From assembly GCA_001244265.2 (NCBI GenBank), contig CDLV01000011.1, forward strand, positions 744,001 through 808,000: DNA of 64,000 nt, given 5' to 3'. A program made the position numbers and the translations under genes. The notes beneath the pieces were generated by a model. It was not told where the DNA came from and searched no databases. It saw only the letters and a program-made list of their open reading frames with translations. The DNA comes from Microbotryum violaceum. Its lineage: Eukaryota. Positions 11,385 through 24,486 of this stretch are shown piece by piece (the first letter of the stretch is position 1; each line of letters opens with the position of its first letter).

Positions 11385-14300
11385 ATGTCCATGACCATCG
11401 TAAGTGCCTCCTACCGCCGTGACCTCCATCGCCGTGGCCCCCCATCCGCCATACCTGATACGACTTGCCTTTCAAACGCGCAGAACCCGCGATCGGCGGC
11501 GTTGTTCGTCGTCGATTGTTCATCGACCATGGCCAGCCTCCAGCCGACGGTGCTCGAGCCCAACTCGTCGCCCCTACAGCTCGTACCGCTCGACTTGGCC
11601 AAGAGGATCATCAAGGCCAAGATCGTGCAGCGCGTAGGTTCTGCTCCTGGTATTGACCCGTGCATCGCTTCGTCGGGCATGGTCCTGGGCTCGAAGCAAC
11701 GCCGCACACTCGACGATTCACGTCAACTCATCCTCTGGCCTTGCCCGCACAGATCATGCGAACACTCAAAACAACTCCCATCTCGATCCTTGCCTACGCG
11801 GCCCCGAAAACCAAGAACGTCCTCTTTGCGCAAGAAAAGCTCAAGGCCGCAGACGAGGGCATCCCCTTTGACAAGAGCGCTTCTCTTTATCGACACATGT
11901 ACATACAGCAACCATTCACCACCGACATGCACTTGGGACTGTTGGACGTCGTCGATCAACTACAAGGCGATCAACCGGAACAAGGCGAAGATCCTTATCC
12001 GGCTGATGGTAGGTCACCAGTCGAACCGACTACCGGAACCAAGCGGTGTGGTGTGGTGTGGGGCCCCAGCTGTGAACTCGAACCGCTGATCATTGCTCTC
12101 CGCACCTGTTACTTCCACCCTTTAGCACACTCGGCGCTCATCCTCGCTTTGGAGGAGATACGACGCATGGACAAGTTTGCGACCTACACGCATCGCGAGA
12201 TCTGTTTCTTCACCGATGCCGAGTCAACATCCGACTGGGATCGCTGCCGCGAAACGGTCGAAGCACTCAAACAGGAGGGCGTCGCCGTGCACGTCATGCA
12301 AGTCCCATCCATTCAGCTGGCGCAAATCGTACCATGAAATCATAAGAACCCCTTTCTCATGCTGACCTCTTCTCCCAAGTTGACTCTGCAGCGGCTTCAA
12401 CTTTCAAATCGATGATCCTAGCCTCGTACCGGCCAACGCCACTCGGTCCACGACGAAGGTGAGGAGGGCAAGCCATGATCCTCAGCTTCCTGTGGGCTAC
12501 TGACCAAGGCTCCGAATGAAACGCCATAGACCGAAAATGAGACCCACTGGCGCCAGATTGTGGAAGACCTCAACACTCCTCTAGAGTCGAAAAACTCTGT
12601 GCCTCCTCCTTCGACCCTCGTTTCCTTTTCGCGTTACCTTGAGATTCTTTCTCGCCCTATGGTATCCGACACGAGATCAGTTGACGTCAACATGACATTG
12701 ACACTGGGGGACGTCAAGGAGCACCCCGACGAATCGATCCGTCTGCACGTCGTCGTCAAGAAAGCCATCACGGCAGGCAAGACGCCTTCGATGAAGCAAA
12801 TGTCGATCAAGTCGTTTCTAAAGGCCAAGGCATCTTACGGATACGATGCCAGCGCTAAAGCAAGCCCGGTCGCTTCGACTTCGAAATTGGGGCCGGCGGT
12901 CGACATGTCAACGACAGCGTTGAGCTCGAACGGAAGCGCGAGCAAGTATCGACTGGGAGATTTGGGCAAGTCGTTGAAGAGGTGCCTCTCGGAGGAAGGG
13001 CTCGAACTTCCCCCGGAAGACGATTTGGGGAGCCACAGCGTCAATCGTGAGAAGCGATTCTACTACCTCCGGCAAGCTAATCCCGAAGAAGCGCTCGAGA
13101 TCTCGCAAGCCGACCAAGCTGCTATGGGCAAGGCGAAGGAGTTCGTCCATGGAAGGGGAGGGCAACCTTCGCTAGATGAGCTGCGGGATGCCACGGACGC
13201 GGACTTGACGGATGCTTATGCGTTCGGTGGTACGCTTGTACCTGTGACTTCGATGGATGAGGCGAGGGGGAAACTTAAATATCTCGAGATGGGCATGGAG
13301 ATTGTCGGTTTCATGAAGCAGAAGCAGGTAGGTGGACAGCCCTCCGCAACGGCCCGAGAGACGGTGCTGATTGCGATCGTGCTCTCCACCTAGATCCGCT
13401 ACGACTGGCGCCTCGAGGATGTTCGCTACGTGCACGCTCAAGTTGGCCAAACTGGTTCAGGAAAGTTGTTTTCGGCCTTCATCAACGCCATGGTCGAGAA
13501 CAAATCGTCCGCGATCGTGCGCTTTGTGGGAAGGGGGACTAGGAACAGTGCGACGCACGAGATGAACTTTCCTGATCCGCAAATGGGCGTGATGGTTCCT
13601 GTTATTAGGCAGGGGCTGGAATACTGCTATTGGTGCCGCGTACGTACCGCTACTCTCCCCGTCGCACGCTTTGGTACCACATGCTGACGGCACGTCCACC
13701 GAGCACACAGATGCCGTTCGCCGAGGACATGCGGCTCTTCTACTTCCCCTCCTTGACCGAGTTCCGAAACCAGAAAGGAAGGATCGTTAAGGAGCACAAG
13801 TACCTCGCCACACAGGAACAAAAGGAGACGATGGATCAGTTCGTCGATTCGATGAACCTTGAAGAAGGTACCGGTCCGGACGGGTGAGTCGAAACACAGG
13901 AAACCAAGTTGGAACCGTTTCGCTCAGTCGGCGCCTTTTTCCTCCAACTTTCTTCGCTCAGCGAACCCAAATCATGGTTCAACATCCAGGATTCGTATTC
14001 ACCCGCGACGCACAATATCAACAATACGCTCATGTTCCGATTGGCTAACCCGGAAGGCGAGTTGCCACCTGTCCATCCGGCTTTGACAAAGTACCTCGAC
14101 CCTCCGACCCATCTTGTGGAGGCGAATCGTGATTTGATCAAACAGTTGGGGAAGGTGATGGACACCAAACTCAGTGAGTTGGGTTCCTGGGTCTAGCTTG
14201 GCCGGAAAGAAGGACCGGAGGCTTACCTAACGTTTCCGGTTTGCAGTACCTCCCAAACCAAAACGCATCGCTCGTGGTAGAGTGCCTTTGACGGTACAAG

Positions 14301-14644
14301 ACGATCATAGTGCGAATCCGAACGATCTATTCGCAGACGAGGGAGAGGATGTCGAGATGGGTAAAACGGGGGCGAACAAGACTTCGGCGTTGGCGATGCC
14401 TGTGCCACAAGGGTTTGGTGCGGAACCGATGGAGACGGATGAGGATGGGGAGGGGAAAGTGGAGAAGCGGTCTACGCAGGTCAAGGAAGAAGAGAAATCG
14501 CAGAGGGATGAGAAAATGTTAGTGGTTGATGATGAGAAAGGGGTTAAGGGCGAGACGAAGGAAGAGGCGATCGATGAAGAGCCGGTCACGGACGATGAGG
14601 GGCCGGTCACTGAGGATGATGAGCCTGTGACAGAGGAGGAATGA
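11385..14644 (+). CDS. KU80: Ku80 DNA end-binding NHEJ subunit, multi-exon
   Basis: vWA start AALFVVDCSSTM, HSALILALEEI..REICFFTDAES. Ku core AYAFGGTLVP, GMEIVGF, FSAFINAM, AIVRFV, MPFAEDMRLFYFPSL, MDQFVDSMNL, SYSPATHNI, LPPVHPALTKYLDPP. Confidence 0.9.
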
Positions 14645-15189
14645 ACGTGGATGGGGTTTCAGGTGTTCATCTTGGTTCGTCTTGGAGAAGGATGTAGTAA
14701 ATTCATTATTTTGGCAGCTTGAGGACTCGCGTACTATTCGGCACAGGCATATGGGAGGGTGCAGTGCTCGTTTGCCATGCCAATGTCAGACGCAATGGTC
14801 GCTCTATTATACAAGCTTCAAGGAGAACAGATTGAACTGACCCAGTATAGATCTTTATACTCGACAAAGGAGTCGATACTCGGTCAGTTAATTTGAGAAA
14901 GTATTAAGTCTGTCTGGGCGGAAGCGGTGCAACGACCTTAGTTTGAAGGAAGAACTGCAGACGCGACGAGTTCCTAAATGCCAGCGGGGGCCCGGGACGC
15001 GGTTCCACGTGACCTAAAGTGCAAGGTGGGGGGCCCGAGCGCAGTGGGTCGGTTCGCAATCGGATACCTTAACGAACATTTCCACGCAACGGTCCTTACA
15101 CTCTCCCTTCTCGCCTTCCTTCAGTCTTTCGTTGCCCTCCGTCTCTTTCACCTCACCCCGATAAGGGAACGGTATCGCCTGGTATCACC

Positions 15190-18100
15190 ATGCGAATCAC
15201 CGCCTGTGGGCTCGTCGTCGCTGTGGCCAGGCTCGTCGTAGCCGGATCTACGTCGACCTCCGATCTCAGAGTGACCCTGTCGTCATCTGACTCCTCTCCC
15301 CCTTCGCTCGTCGCACGATACATGTAAGGCGATGTTCTGGTATATGATACTCAAGTAGAGCTGATGTTCTTTTCCTTCTTCGGCTGGCTGCTCCCAGTGA
15401 ATGCCTCGGCATCGAGGATCCCTCCGCGTACTATCCCTTCATCTCGTGGCTAACGGCGAATCGACCCGAGACTGCTTCTCTTCGAGATGCGAAGTTCAAC
15501 CCGGATGATGAAGCACCCAAGCTTCCACCCCGATCGAGCGAGCCGAATCTTCTGTTCACACGCCAGTTAAGCCCTTTGGAGAGCTGGCGAACGCTCGAGT
15601 CGAATCGTTTCAGGGGTCGGTTCCTGAACGAACGTGGAGAAAAGGAGCTGTTTCACATGGCGATCGCGAACGGGCAAGCCGATGGGTTATTGGAAGAGAT
15701 GTACAAGGCGTGGGAAAAGAGGGAAAAGCTTGTTCCTGTCACAGAAGGGGTAGAGCGGTGCGAGAGTTGGATTGATGTCCGAGGGCACCGAGCTTGCTCG
15801 GTGAAACAGTTTTGGGATTTGGTGGGCCCCCAGCAGAGCAAGGGCGACAAGCCATTAGAGGTTCTAGCTACTGGGTGAGTTTTCAGCTTGATAATTTCCG
15901 GACCATGAAACTACTGACACATGATGTTGACGTCTTTCCCCATCGAAGTGACAAACTTGCTCCCGAACCATTCGATCGACTTGAACCCCCGATGCCCGAC
16001 GATTCGCTTCCCTTCTTTGTCCTGTACGGCTCAACCGACGACGAGACATTTGCGAAGCTGTTTGATGAGCTCAATCGACTTGCGGGCGGGGATGATGATG
16101 GAGCAGAGGATGCGGTCCGGCTCCAGTTTACGATTCGGTGGAAGCCCGACTCGCGCACCTCGAAAGCTGGGGATGCAGCGCTGAGCGCCTTTGGAGTCAA
16201 GCTGTCGTTGAAAGACGTGACTTCCCTCGATGAAGAACATAGAGCAGGTGAGAGCTTCCTCGCGTAGACAGGGGGAATGGGAACGGCCCACCGAATTTTC
16301 AAAATTTGCTGCGCAGATATTCGTCGCCGAGCCATCAACACTGTCCTGGTACACAACAAGGTCGAGCTGCTGGCGTCTTTCGTGGCTCAGTCGCCCCTTG
16401 TCGGCCCTTCTCTGTCAGGGACGAGTGATGCGGCAGCAGGTGGCCCGATTAGTGACGACGTCTACGAGGAGTCGATCACCATCAACGGGCTCTCCCTCGA
16501 TATCGACCACGCCGACCCTGTCGATCTCATCCACTTTCTCCGCCAAGAACGGGCTTTTATCGCTGACATCGTCAGCTTGCATCCCGACTTGACCTTTGCC
16601 CACGCTCGCGAGATCCTCATCGGTTCCAGCGTCTCTCCGGCTGAGGAGGTGTCGGGACGATCGGCGAGTAACGTTATCAAACCGAGCAAGCACCATCCGC
16701 TCAAAGTCGTCAATCTCGTACAGGCGATGCACGACCTCCCATCCGTATTCAACGAGGCGGCATTCCTGGAATCAGGTAAGTTCTAACTCTCATACTGTGG
16801 ACTGTCCAGTGCATCTCGCATCCTGAACAAGACTGAAAGGGCAACTCGACCTTGCAACAGTTGAAAGTGATGGGAATGAGGTTCCGGAGGGTCAAGAGGC
16901 TCCACCAGACAAGGCGGCGACCACGACCATTTATGTCATTACGGATCTCGACTCGCCACAAGGATTGGAAATTGCTCAAGAAGCGTTGATCTATATCGTG
17001 GGTTCCACTTGGTCTTGAGGCTCTCGCAGTGGACGTTCAGAACTACGCAGCTGACCATGGATGTTTGAAATTCGCTCACTAGGACTCAACCCCCGAAGTC
17101 CGAATCAACTTTGTCCACAACCCGGTCGCGGTCGATGTGGCAGAGCATGCGTTCACCTTCTCGAACCTGCTGTATCTTATCACCGAGTCGGGCAACATGC
17201 GAGAAGTGTTCCCCGCCGAGCTGTTGACGTGGCTTGCGTACGAAGTGACCAAGGACGGGATGGAGACTCCTATTCCCGATATCTGGGACGAAGAGAACCC
17301 TATGACCCCTTTCGTTACCTTGGGAGCCGACGAAGCCGATGCTGAAGCGGCAAAGGAGTACTGGCAAGCCGTGCAAGAGTTCGCCGCGCGCGTAGGGGTC
17401 GAACCGGGTGCTTCGGCGATCGTCATCAACGGTAGGGTCGTCGCGCTCCCCGGCAACAAGTTCAGCGCGAATCAGTTCCAGCAGATCGTCGATTACGAAT
17501 ACGAGGTCAGGATCGGAGCAGTCGTGGCTATGGTCGACGAGACGATCCCCGCTACGATCAGGGAGGACCGCGTCGCCGTTGCGAACCTCTACAACGCCGC
17601 GTCGTCGATAGTTGCGTCGTCGTTGATGCCGCCAGGAACACCTATTCGGGCCCGAGCTTCTCTCCCTTTTGCCTCCGATTACCCGTGAGTAGTACTAGCT
17701 GTGTGCCTGGGACTGACCGGTCAACTGATATCTGTCCCATCTACCGTCCTGAGGCGCACCGTCGTACAACGTCTGCCACAAGACGCTCTGTGGGATATTG
17801 ACGCTGTCCTCGATCCCCTGAGCGCACGCTCCCAGCGCTGGGTTCCGCTTCTACAAAGCCTCAGTCAGCTGGAGCACACCAATCTGCGACTATATCCGAT
17901 CGCGGCGAATTCGCCTGTGGCGTCGACTTTGTACGGCGTTGCATTCCCTCGGGCGCCGGTTTTCGACGACAAGACTCAGGAACCACTTCGACCGAGCGTG
18001 ATCTTCTCCGACCTTGCTCATGACAACGTCGTGTCATCGGTTGAGATCGAGAAACGAGGAATCGTCCACATCGAAGGAGGTAAAAGTTTGTCAGGAAAGA

Positions 18101-18216
18101 CAATCAAGGAGATCCCAGAGGGGCGCATCGAGTTGAGGGCACAAAAAAGGGCTGCCGACGGGCTGGCTGCCGAGCAGGCTTCCGAGTCTTCGCGAACGCC
18201 CAGAGATGAGCTATGA
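15190..18216 (+). CDS. ER-resident UGGT/Kre5-like protein with thioredoxin-like sensor domains only and no GT24 catalytic domain
   Basis: Signal peptide MRITACGLVVAVARLVVAG. UGGT-like segments: LRVTLSS..PPSLVARYIECLGIEDPSAYYPFI, CESWIDVRGHRACS, FFVLYGSTDDETF, LQFTIRWKP, LSAFGVKLSLK, ITINGL, VRINFVHNP, AIVINGRVV, IDAVLDPLSARSQRWVPLLQSLS. Ends in RDEL*. Confidence 0.75.
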
Positions 18217-18565
18217 TTTGGATACTACATTCCTGACTTTGCATACTCTTTAGTACAACGTAATGCACGAACACCTTTAGTCCCTACCAAGTCTTTGGCC
18301 CTAGGTTTTTCTTCGATGTCTACATTGTGGGAGAAGTCACATGAATAATTGCGCTCCCTTCGCTCATGAGCATGGCTGACAAAGCCAACCCGTGCCGGAT
18401 CTCGGCATCAAGTTGAATCCCGGCGCTTAGGCACGAACCGGGCATTGTTGCGGACGCTAAAGCCTTCCTGCCAACATCCTACGACGGTTGTCACTTGTTT
18501 CGACCTTAACCCATGTGCATTACGACCGTGGTAGATTTCGTCCTTGTTACCGCCCACCAACAGTG

Positions 18566-20914
18566 ATGCTGCCACCTCAACACGACTTGGAGTCTGCTTC
18601 CTCATCTCGTACCGCGACGCTTGTCGCGCTCGACGGCGCCTCGATGGACGATGTCTCTCAGGCCACGCGGAATCCGACCGATGATGGTTCGCACTTTATG
18701 AGCCAGTCCTCGGCATCAGCGCCTACAAGAGCATCCCAGGCCTCAATTCATTCAACAGCCCAAGTCGAAGAAGACTTGAACGTGTCCAAGGCTCGACCAC
18801 GCCCCTCTACCGCTGCAACGAGCGTCGGTCAGGGGCCTCCCGGGAGTGACGCCAAATTCTACGAGGGGCACGGCACGGTCGCCTCGCCTTACGTCGTCGA
18901 CTACGGGGTCGACGACCCTGAGAATCCATTCGAATGGACCACGCTCAAGCGATGGTACATCACAGGCGTAGTCGTGAGTCTTCGATCCCTTTGTTGTTCT
19001 GCACTCTTTTCGTCGCCAAATGGCGTTGGCCTCCGCCGAATCTCCGTTCGGACGCGTCAAAGTTGCTTTCGGCGACAAGGAGCGGGGCCGGGTATTGACT
19101 TGCCGGGTTGGTAAGGCCGGCGAGGCCCCGACGGGGAGCAGTGGAAAACACGCGAATCTCTTGCCTATCATAATTTGGCTGACTTCTTTGGATTTGTGAA
19201 TGGGGCACACCAGTCGATGGGAACACTTGTCGTTGCGTTTGGGTCGAGCGTATACGCGGGCGCGATTCCGCAAATGATCATGTATTTTGACAAGACACAA
19301 ACCTTATTGACGCTGGGGTTGACTTTTTGTAAGTGAAACGGCATGGTCCGGTTTATCCTTCGCTTGCTCAAAGTCTGGACTGAAGTTTACGATTAATGTC
19401 TTGTGACCCTTTCAGATGTTCTTGGCTTTGCGTAAGTCCTCTTGTCGAGTTGGGGGGAACGAGTGGGGTCGGCTGGCTTCCAGGGATCCAGGGAGCCGGG
19501 AGCTCGCGCGTCGCCGACTCCGTCCCTGCTCAACCCCGGAATCTTGCTTAGCGATGTTGGCTCGGAGATAATACAGGAGCTGAAGAAACATTTTGTCCCC
19601 CTGTTCAGCATGGGCCCCCTGCTCTGGGCCCCTTTCAGCGAGCTGTACGGACGGCGTATCGTCCTTTTGCCGACCTACACCCTATTCACCGTCTTTCACA
19701 TCGGATGCGCGCTAGCGCAGAACTATGAGACGTTGATGGTCATGCGATTCCTCACTGGCTTCTTTGGCTCGAGCCCTCTCACAAACGCCGGCGGTGTGGT
19801 CAGTGACATCTGGGACAGCAAGACGCGCGCGCTTGCTTTGGCGTGGTACAGTTTGGCCCCTTTCGCGGGTCCGGTGCTCGGCCCAATTTGCGGCGGTTTT
19901 CTCGGTATAAACGAGGACTGGCGGATAGTATTTTGGCTTTGCTTTGCCTTCTCTGCAGTACTCCTCGGATTCAGCTGCACAGTGCCCGAGACGTACACCC
20001 CGGTGCTGCTGCGTCGCCGGGCCGCACGCTTGTCCAAGGAAACGGGCGATCACTACGTCTCGAGGCACGACCTCAACATCAAGGCGGACGAAACGTTGGC
20101 GCACAAGCTCCGAATCAACGTGTCGAGACCGTTCATTTTTCTCGTTTACGAACCTATTGTGCTCGCGATGGCCATCTACGCTGCCATCATCTACGCGACG
20201 CTCTACTTGATGTTTCCCGCGTTCCCCATCGTCTTTGTCGAGAAGCGGGGCTGGAATCTTGGAGAGGCGGGTCTGCCCTTCATTGGCGTCGGGCTAGGTA
20301 TGCTGCTCGGGATCCTCTTCAACATCGTCTATATCAACCCGAAATACATCCGCGACCTCGACGCGGCTGGCGGCCACTTGCCGCCAGAAGCCCGTCTTCC
20401 CGCGTGCTGTCTCGGCGGGGTGTCCCTTCCCATCGGCTTGTTCTGGTTCGCATGGACGGCGCAACCTTCGGTGCACTGGGTCGTGCCATGCCTTGCTTCG
20501 ATACCGTTCGGCTTCGGCATGGTCATCGTGTTCCTCTCAATGATGTCGTATCTTGTCGACTCCTATCTATGGTTATGCGCGTCCGCTTTGGCGGCGAACG
20601 CGGTCCTGCGAAGCTGTCTCGGTGCGACGTTCCCGCTGTTTGTCAAGGGGATGTTTGAAAAGCTCGGCGTCAACTGGGCCTTGACGTTGGTCGCGTTCCT
20701 GTCGCTCACACTCACGCCGATTCCGTTCGTATTCCTGCGGTACGGTGCCCGAATCCGCGCGCACTCCAAGTACGCCCCGGATCATGAGCATGCGAGTGGG
20801 TCCACGCCGGAGACGATCGTCGAGGACGTTGCCGAGATGGAACTGCAACAGAAGGAGATGAAGGAAATGGACGAGAGGGCCGCTCACCAGGACGCCGCCG
20901 CTCGCAACGCCTGA
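18566..20914 (+). CDS. MFS drug:H+ antiporter DHA1 family (Tpo/Flr/Qdr-like)
   Basis: DDPENPFEWTTLKRW, GPLLWAPFSELYGRR, RFLTGFFGSSPLTNAGGVVSD, GPVLGPICGGF, PETYTPVLL, PPEARL; about 12 hydrophobic segments. Confidence 0.93.
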
Positions 20915-21444
20915 GACAAGAAGGATCTGAACGATCATAGGCGAATGACAGCACTCGGAGACGGCTTCAGCGGAGGATTGTCCCAGGTTTGCATTATAAC
21001 GACTTGTATTCGCAGTAAATGTTTAAATTATTGTATACCTAATATCTTGTGTACTGCTATTGGATGAGCCTTCCAGGACTTGTTGAATGTTCAAGCTGAC
21101 AGACCCGGCCCCCGTGGCCTAATTCCGAGCGAGTCCCATGAGGGTCCGTGCGCCGGCCAGGTTTCGGATTCGTCATTAACGACGTCCGCGGCACTCTGTG
21201 GCCACTCCCCCCTCTTCACAGCCAGGGTGCCTTGGCGCAGCGCCAGCTGAAAGCACTTTACACTGTGAGTGTGCCCGACTTGCTAGCACTCCTGCCCCAT
21301 CGAGACTCTGCAGCTCTTTGTATGGTCCGTAGTCAAGGATCCTGTCCATGGCACGGGCCGAATGAGCTGCTCCGTTTCGCAGGTTCGAGTCCGCTGGGCA
21401 TCGCTGACCCTGCCCGTCCTCAACGCCGCCGCGCAATCCACCAG

Positions 21445-24327
21445 ATGTCGTTCACCCAAATCCCTTTTCTGCCCTTGGTCGAGGCTACTCCGGATGCCGC
21501 TACGCAACAGACGCTCTTGTCGGCGATCGCTCGCATCGCGCCCTTCCTGATCGTCAGCTCCGCGCTCGAGTCAACGCTGCCGCTGCTGCCGACCTCGGCC
21601 GAGTACTACGTCCTGCAGGACCAGTCTCTCACTGACGACGAGGTCTACGCCTTGCTCGACGCTGGTGCGCGCAAGATCATCTCTAAGGACCTGCAACTGC
21701 TTGGCAAGGTGCCCGCGAGCCGCTTCGTGCTGCACATTGAGCATGCAACCGCCTTCTCTCTCAACGATCCCAACGTCCTCAACGGCATCTCGGGTGCTCT
21801 CCTTGATACAACGACTTTCAACGAGAATTCACTCAAATCTTTCCGTACCGCACTCGACAAGGCCGATTCGGAGCAGCGACGCAAGGATCTATTTGTCTTG
21901 TCAATGAGCCGAGACACGACCTCGATTCTGCACGAACCGGCCTCGCTCAAGCTTATGTCCAAGACCGTTAAAGGAGTTTCCGTGCTTCCCCTGAACTTGC
22001 TTTCGACGACTCTCAACACGACTGCTGCACCCCGAGCGGAGAATGGCAAGTTGAGCGTCACGAACCTTTTCACGAGCTTTCTGCGCACCGACCGAGAGGA
22101 CGGGCTCTACCCGACCGTTCCCGTCTCGACGGCTTCGGTCCCTTCTAGCTTGGGTCTCGTCTACTCCTCGGCCGCCTCGATCGCCAATACGATCATCTCC
22201 GGCAACGCCGTCTACTACTCTCGATCTCGCCAGGGGCTATGGAAGAAGGGCGAGACCTCGGGCGCGATGCAGATGGTCGAGCGAATCCGACTCGACTGCG
22301 ACGCCGATGCGCTCGAATTCCAGGTGCTCGAAACCGGTCCTGCCGGCGAAAAGGACGGCTTCTGCCACATTCCCGACCAAACCTCCTGCTTTGGGTTGAC
22401 GAATGGGCTGTTCAGCCTCGAAGCGGCGCTCAAGAACCGCGTCAAGGATGCTCCGCAGGGGTCCTATACTGTCCGGTTGTTCGCCGAGCCGGCTTTGCTC
22501 AAGGCCAAAATCATGGAGGAAGCCGGCGAGCTGTGCGCCGCGGAGTCTAAGGAGGACATCGCGGCCGAGGCGGCGGATTTGCTCTACTTTGCTCTGGCCA
22601 AGTGTGTCGGTGCTGGTATTGGACTGCGGGAGATCAGCAAGGTGCTCGACCAGAGGAGTCTCAAGGTCACGCGGCGAAAGGGCGATGCGAAGAAGGAGTG
22701 GGTCGACAAGCTCGGTCTCGACGGGGAGCAGGCCAAGGGCGTCGATGGCGGTGTTGCTGCCGTGGAGCCCGCAGCCAAGGCGGCCACGAATGGAGTACCC
22801 AAAGCTGTGAACGGAGATGCGCCGACCGCCGAGAAGGAGGACTTGCGGTGTCAGACCTTCGACCTCGCGCAGGTTGATACAGAGGGCAAGGGCAAGCTGC
22901 TCAAGCGACCACTTGCTTCTTCGGCTGACATGTTCTCGCTCGTTGCCCCCATCCTCGACACGGTCCGCAAGGGCGGCGACGACGGCTTGCGGTCCCTCGT
23001 CGTCAAGTTCGATCGATGCGCTCCGGCAGAGGACAAGGCATTCCCACTCGTGCTCAAGGCGCCGTTCGCCGAGGAATTGATGCAGCTCGACCCCAATGTC
23101 AAATCTGCGATCGACCAGGCCCACCACAACATCAAGGCGTTCCACCAAGCTCAGATGGATAAGGAGGCTCCGACACTCAAGGTCGAGACGATGCCTGGAA
23201 TCGTTTGCTCCCGCTTCGCTCGACCAATCGAGCGCGTCGGTCTTTACGTCCCCGGTGGAACGGCGATCTTGCCCTCGACGGCTTTAATGCTGGCCACCCC
23301 TGCTCAGGTCGCGAACTGCTCTCTCGCGGTCATTGCGACCCCGCCACGACCAGATGGTAGCGTTTCGCCTGAGATCGTCTACATCGCTTCATTGACTGGC
23401 GTCGATGCCATCGTCAAGGCCGGAGGTGCCCACGCTGTCGCTTCGATGGCGTACGGCACCGAGTCCGTGCCCAAGGTAGACAAGATCTTTGGTCCGGGCA
23501 ACCAGTTCGTCACCGCGGCCAAGATGTCGGTCTCGATGGACTCTGAAGCCTGCTGCGCGATCGACATGCCCGCCGGCCCGTCCGAGGTGCTCGTCATCGC
23601 CGACAAGCACGCCAACCCCGTCTTTGTCGCTTCGGACCTCTTGTCACAAGCCGAGCACGGTGCGGATTCGCAGGTCATTCTCCTCGCCATCGATATCGAC
23701 GACAAGGGTTTGGCTGCAATCGAGAGCGAGATCAAGGCGCAGGCGTTGGCTCTTCCTCGCGTCGACATTATCCGCAAGAGTATCGCCCACTCGCTCATCA
23801 TCAAGTGTCGCGATGTCGAGGAGGCGTTCAACTTTTCCAACGCCTACGCTCCTGAACATCTCATCTTGCAGATCGAGAACGCGAGCCAGTATGTTGACAA
23901 GGTCAACAATGCTGGATCCGTCTTTGTCGGTGCTTACAGCCCCGAGAGGTAAGTCGTGAATCTAATCGACGTTCACTTCCAAGGCTCCTCTTACTGATAT
24001 GTTGCTCGCTCTGCAGTTGCGGTGACTATGCTTCCGGCACGAACCACACTCTGCCCACTGCCGGATGGTAAGTCGAACAATGAGGCACCGAGTTCACTGT
24101 CACCGATTCGCTAACGCAGCAGTGCATCCACCCCACACCACAGGGCCAAGCAATACTCTGGTGTTTCGACGCTCTCGTTTCTCAAGCACATCACGACACA
24201 AGAATTGACGCGCGAAGGTTTGGCCAAGCTCGGTCCTGTTGTCGAGACCTTGGCCGCGGCAGAAGGGTTGGACGCGCACAAGATGGCGGTCACATTACGA
24301 CTGCGTGTGATGCAGGAATCTGCTTAG
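21445..24327 (+). CDS. HIS4: Trifunctional histidine biosynthesis protein (PR-AMP cyclohydrolase, PR-ATP pyrophosphohydrolase, histidinol dehydrogenase)
   Basis: [98 protein letters not shown]; stop TAG at 24325-24327. Confidence 0.97.
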
Positions 24328-24486
24328 ATCTAGTTTTTGGCCGTTGGTTTTGCTCGGGTCTCGTGTATAATGTTATGCTGTACCCCCCTCCCGTTTCTTG
24401 TTCATGCTCGCGCAGATTGATACATGACAGCTTATCCTTACAAGTGAACTCAAAAAAATAAAAGGCGTGAAGACAGGACACCGAGC

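Noticed and set aside
19432-19608. Possible intronic TPP riboswitch in the transporter
   Set aside because: The conserved CTGAGA and following TPP aptamer core motifs are absent.
21148-21444. In-frame ~99-aa N-terminal extension of HIS4 in the ORF track
   Set aside because: Not His4-like and contains donor/acceptor-like signals; more likely a 5' UTR with introns. The conserved start is [10 protein letters not shown].
22237-23148. Long antisense ORFs over HIS4 (and similarly over other genes)
   Set aside because: Expected shadow ORFs from GC-rich codon bias on the coding strand.
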